Positions 63,004-64,000 of a DNA stretch of 64,000 bases are shown in pieces (within the stretch, counting starts at the first letter, position 1; every line of letters begins with the position of its first letter). Origin of the DNA: Nitrospirota bacterium (GTDB lineage: Bacteria; Nitrospirota; UBA9217); NCBI GenBank assembly GCA_963751455.1, contig CAVVUN010000015.1, positions 832,001-896,000 on the forward strand, given 5' to 3'. Both the position numbers and the translations under genes were made by a program. The notes beneath the pieces are model-generated. The model made no database searches and was not told where the DNA came from. It was given only the letters and a program-made list of their open reading frames with translations.

Positions 63004-63033
63004 TTGACTTTATAACGGTTGAGATGCTATTAT
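63004..63033 (+). promoter_or_regulatory. Candidate aspS promoter
   Basis: TTGACT-18 bp-TATTAT with an extended TG. Confidence 0.5.
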
Positions 63034-63087
63034 CCACCCTGTTTTGCTGATGAATCAAGTATTTGAGAGCGAAAGGGTTTAACCATC

Positions 63088-64000
63088 GTGAAGTCGAAAA
63101 AGACGCACACCTGCGGAGAATTGACGAAACAAAACATAAACGAGAATGTTACCCTGATGGGGTGGGTGAACACGAGAAGGGACCACGGAGGGCTTATCTT
63201 CATAGATTTGCGCGACCGCAGAGGCATCACGCAGGCAGTCATCAACCCCGAGACGTCATCGGAAGCCCATAAGCTGGCGCGCGACATCCGCAGTGAATTC
63301 GTGGTTGCCGTAACCGGCAGGGTCGCCGCCAGGCCGGGCAACACGGTAAATCAAAAGCTTCCGACCGGAGAAATCGAAGTGCTGGTTAACGAACTTTCGA
63401 TTCTGAACCCGTCAAAACCGCTGCCGTTCATGATAGAGGACGAGACGGATGTAGCTGAAAGTCTGCGGCTCAGATATCGCTACCTCGACCTCAGACGTCC
63501 AAGCCTTCAGAATGTCCTTTTTACCAGGCATACGATAACCAGGACCGTCCGGCGTTTTCTCGACGACCACGGATTCATCGATATTGAGACCCCTTTTTTA
63601 ACGAAAAGCACGCCGGAGGGGGCGCGCGATTACCTGGTCCCCAGCAGAGTGAATCCCGGCATGTTTTACGCGCTGCCGCAATCGCCTCAGCTCTTCAAGC
63701 AGATCCTGATGGTGGCCGGATTTGAGCGGTACTATCAGATCGTAAAGTGCTTCCGTGACGAGGATCTTCGGGCCGACCGCCAGCCCGAGTTTACCCAGAT
63801 CGACCTGGAAATGTCCTTTGTCGGAGAAGATGACGTTATGTCGCTGATGGAGCAGCTTCTGGCCGCTGTATTTAACGCGGTCAAAGGGATGGAGCTTGTA
63901 CTGCCGTTCCCGCGGCTGACCTACCGCGATGCAATGGACCGCTACGGCTCGGACAAGCCGGATACCCGGTTCGGTCTTGAGCTCAAGGACATTTCCGATA
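63088..64000 (+). CDS. aspS: Aspartate-tRNA ligase, 3'-truncated by the window edge
   Basis: Own translation: [62 protein letters not shown]. Confidence 0.96.
   Translation, partial: MKSKKTHTCGELTKQNINENVTLMGWVNTRRDHGGLIFIDLRDRRGITQAVINPETSSEAHKLARDIRSEFVVAVTGRVAARPGNTVNQKLPTGEIEVLVNELSILNPSKPLPFMIEDETDVAESLRLRYRYLDLRRPSLQNVLFTRHTITRTVRRFLDDHGFIDIETPFLTKSTPEGARDYLVPSRVNPGMFYALPQSPQLFKQILMVAGFERYYQIVKCFRDEDLRADRQPEFTQIDLEMSFVGEDDVMSLMEQLLAAVFNAVKGMELVLPFPRLTYRDAMDRYGSDKPDTRFGLELKDISD

Overview
Bacterial chromosome segment of moderately high GC. The gene set (futalosine menaquinone pathway mqnB/mqnD, cdaA-cdaR-glmM, Wza/Wzi) suggests a diderm such as Nitrospirota or a deltaproteobacterium; this is inference. 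Positions 1-30.8 kb hold a Wzx/Wzy-type capsule/EPS locus (priming transferase, wza, wzc, uppS, PHP phosphatase, asnB, gmd, wzx, seven SAM methyltransferases, about eight glycosyltransferases, wzy-like, wcaF-like, wzi). It is bracketed by integrative-element debris: AlpA and an integrase fragment on the left, a tRNA-Met 3' remnant and an integrase C-terminal remnant on the right. Positions 32-45.7 kb are housekeeping (tilS-hpt-ftsH-folP-cdaA-cdaR-glmM-comEC, LysR, tRNA nucleotidyltransferase). Positions 46-51.9 kb are an AT-richer run of co-oriented orphan genes (two PD-(D/E)xK-like nucleases, membrane proteins, a caspase/CHAT-like lipoprotein) separated by degenerate attC-like sites, i.e. a probable integron cassette array with no integrase in the window. 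Positions 52-64 kb carry aroBKC, mqnBD, lemA, an M48 protease with zinc ribbons, a moaD-moaE fusion, MerR, ccdA, an uncalled 57-aa Cys-rich ORF and the start of aspS. Intergenic spaces contain several families of palindromic elements with 9-nt or 7-nt periodic arms, some nested. More than 20 apparent single-base frameshifts, including in folP and cdaA, most likely reflect sequencing or assembly error. All calls were made by eye from motifs; no searches were run.
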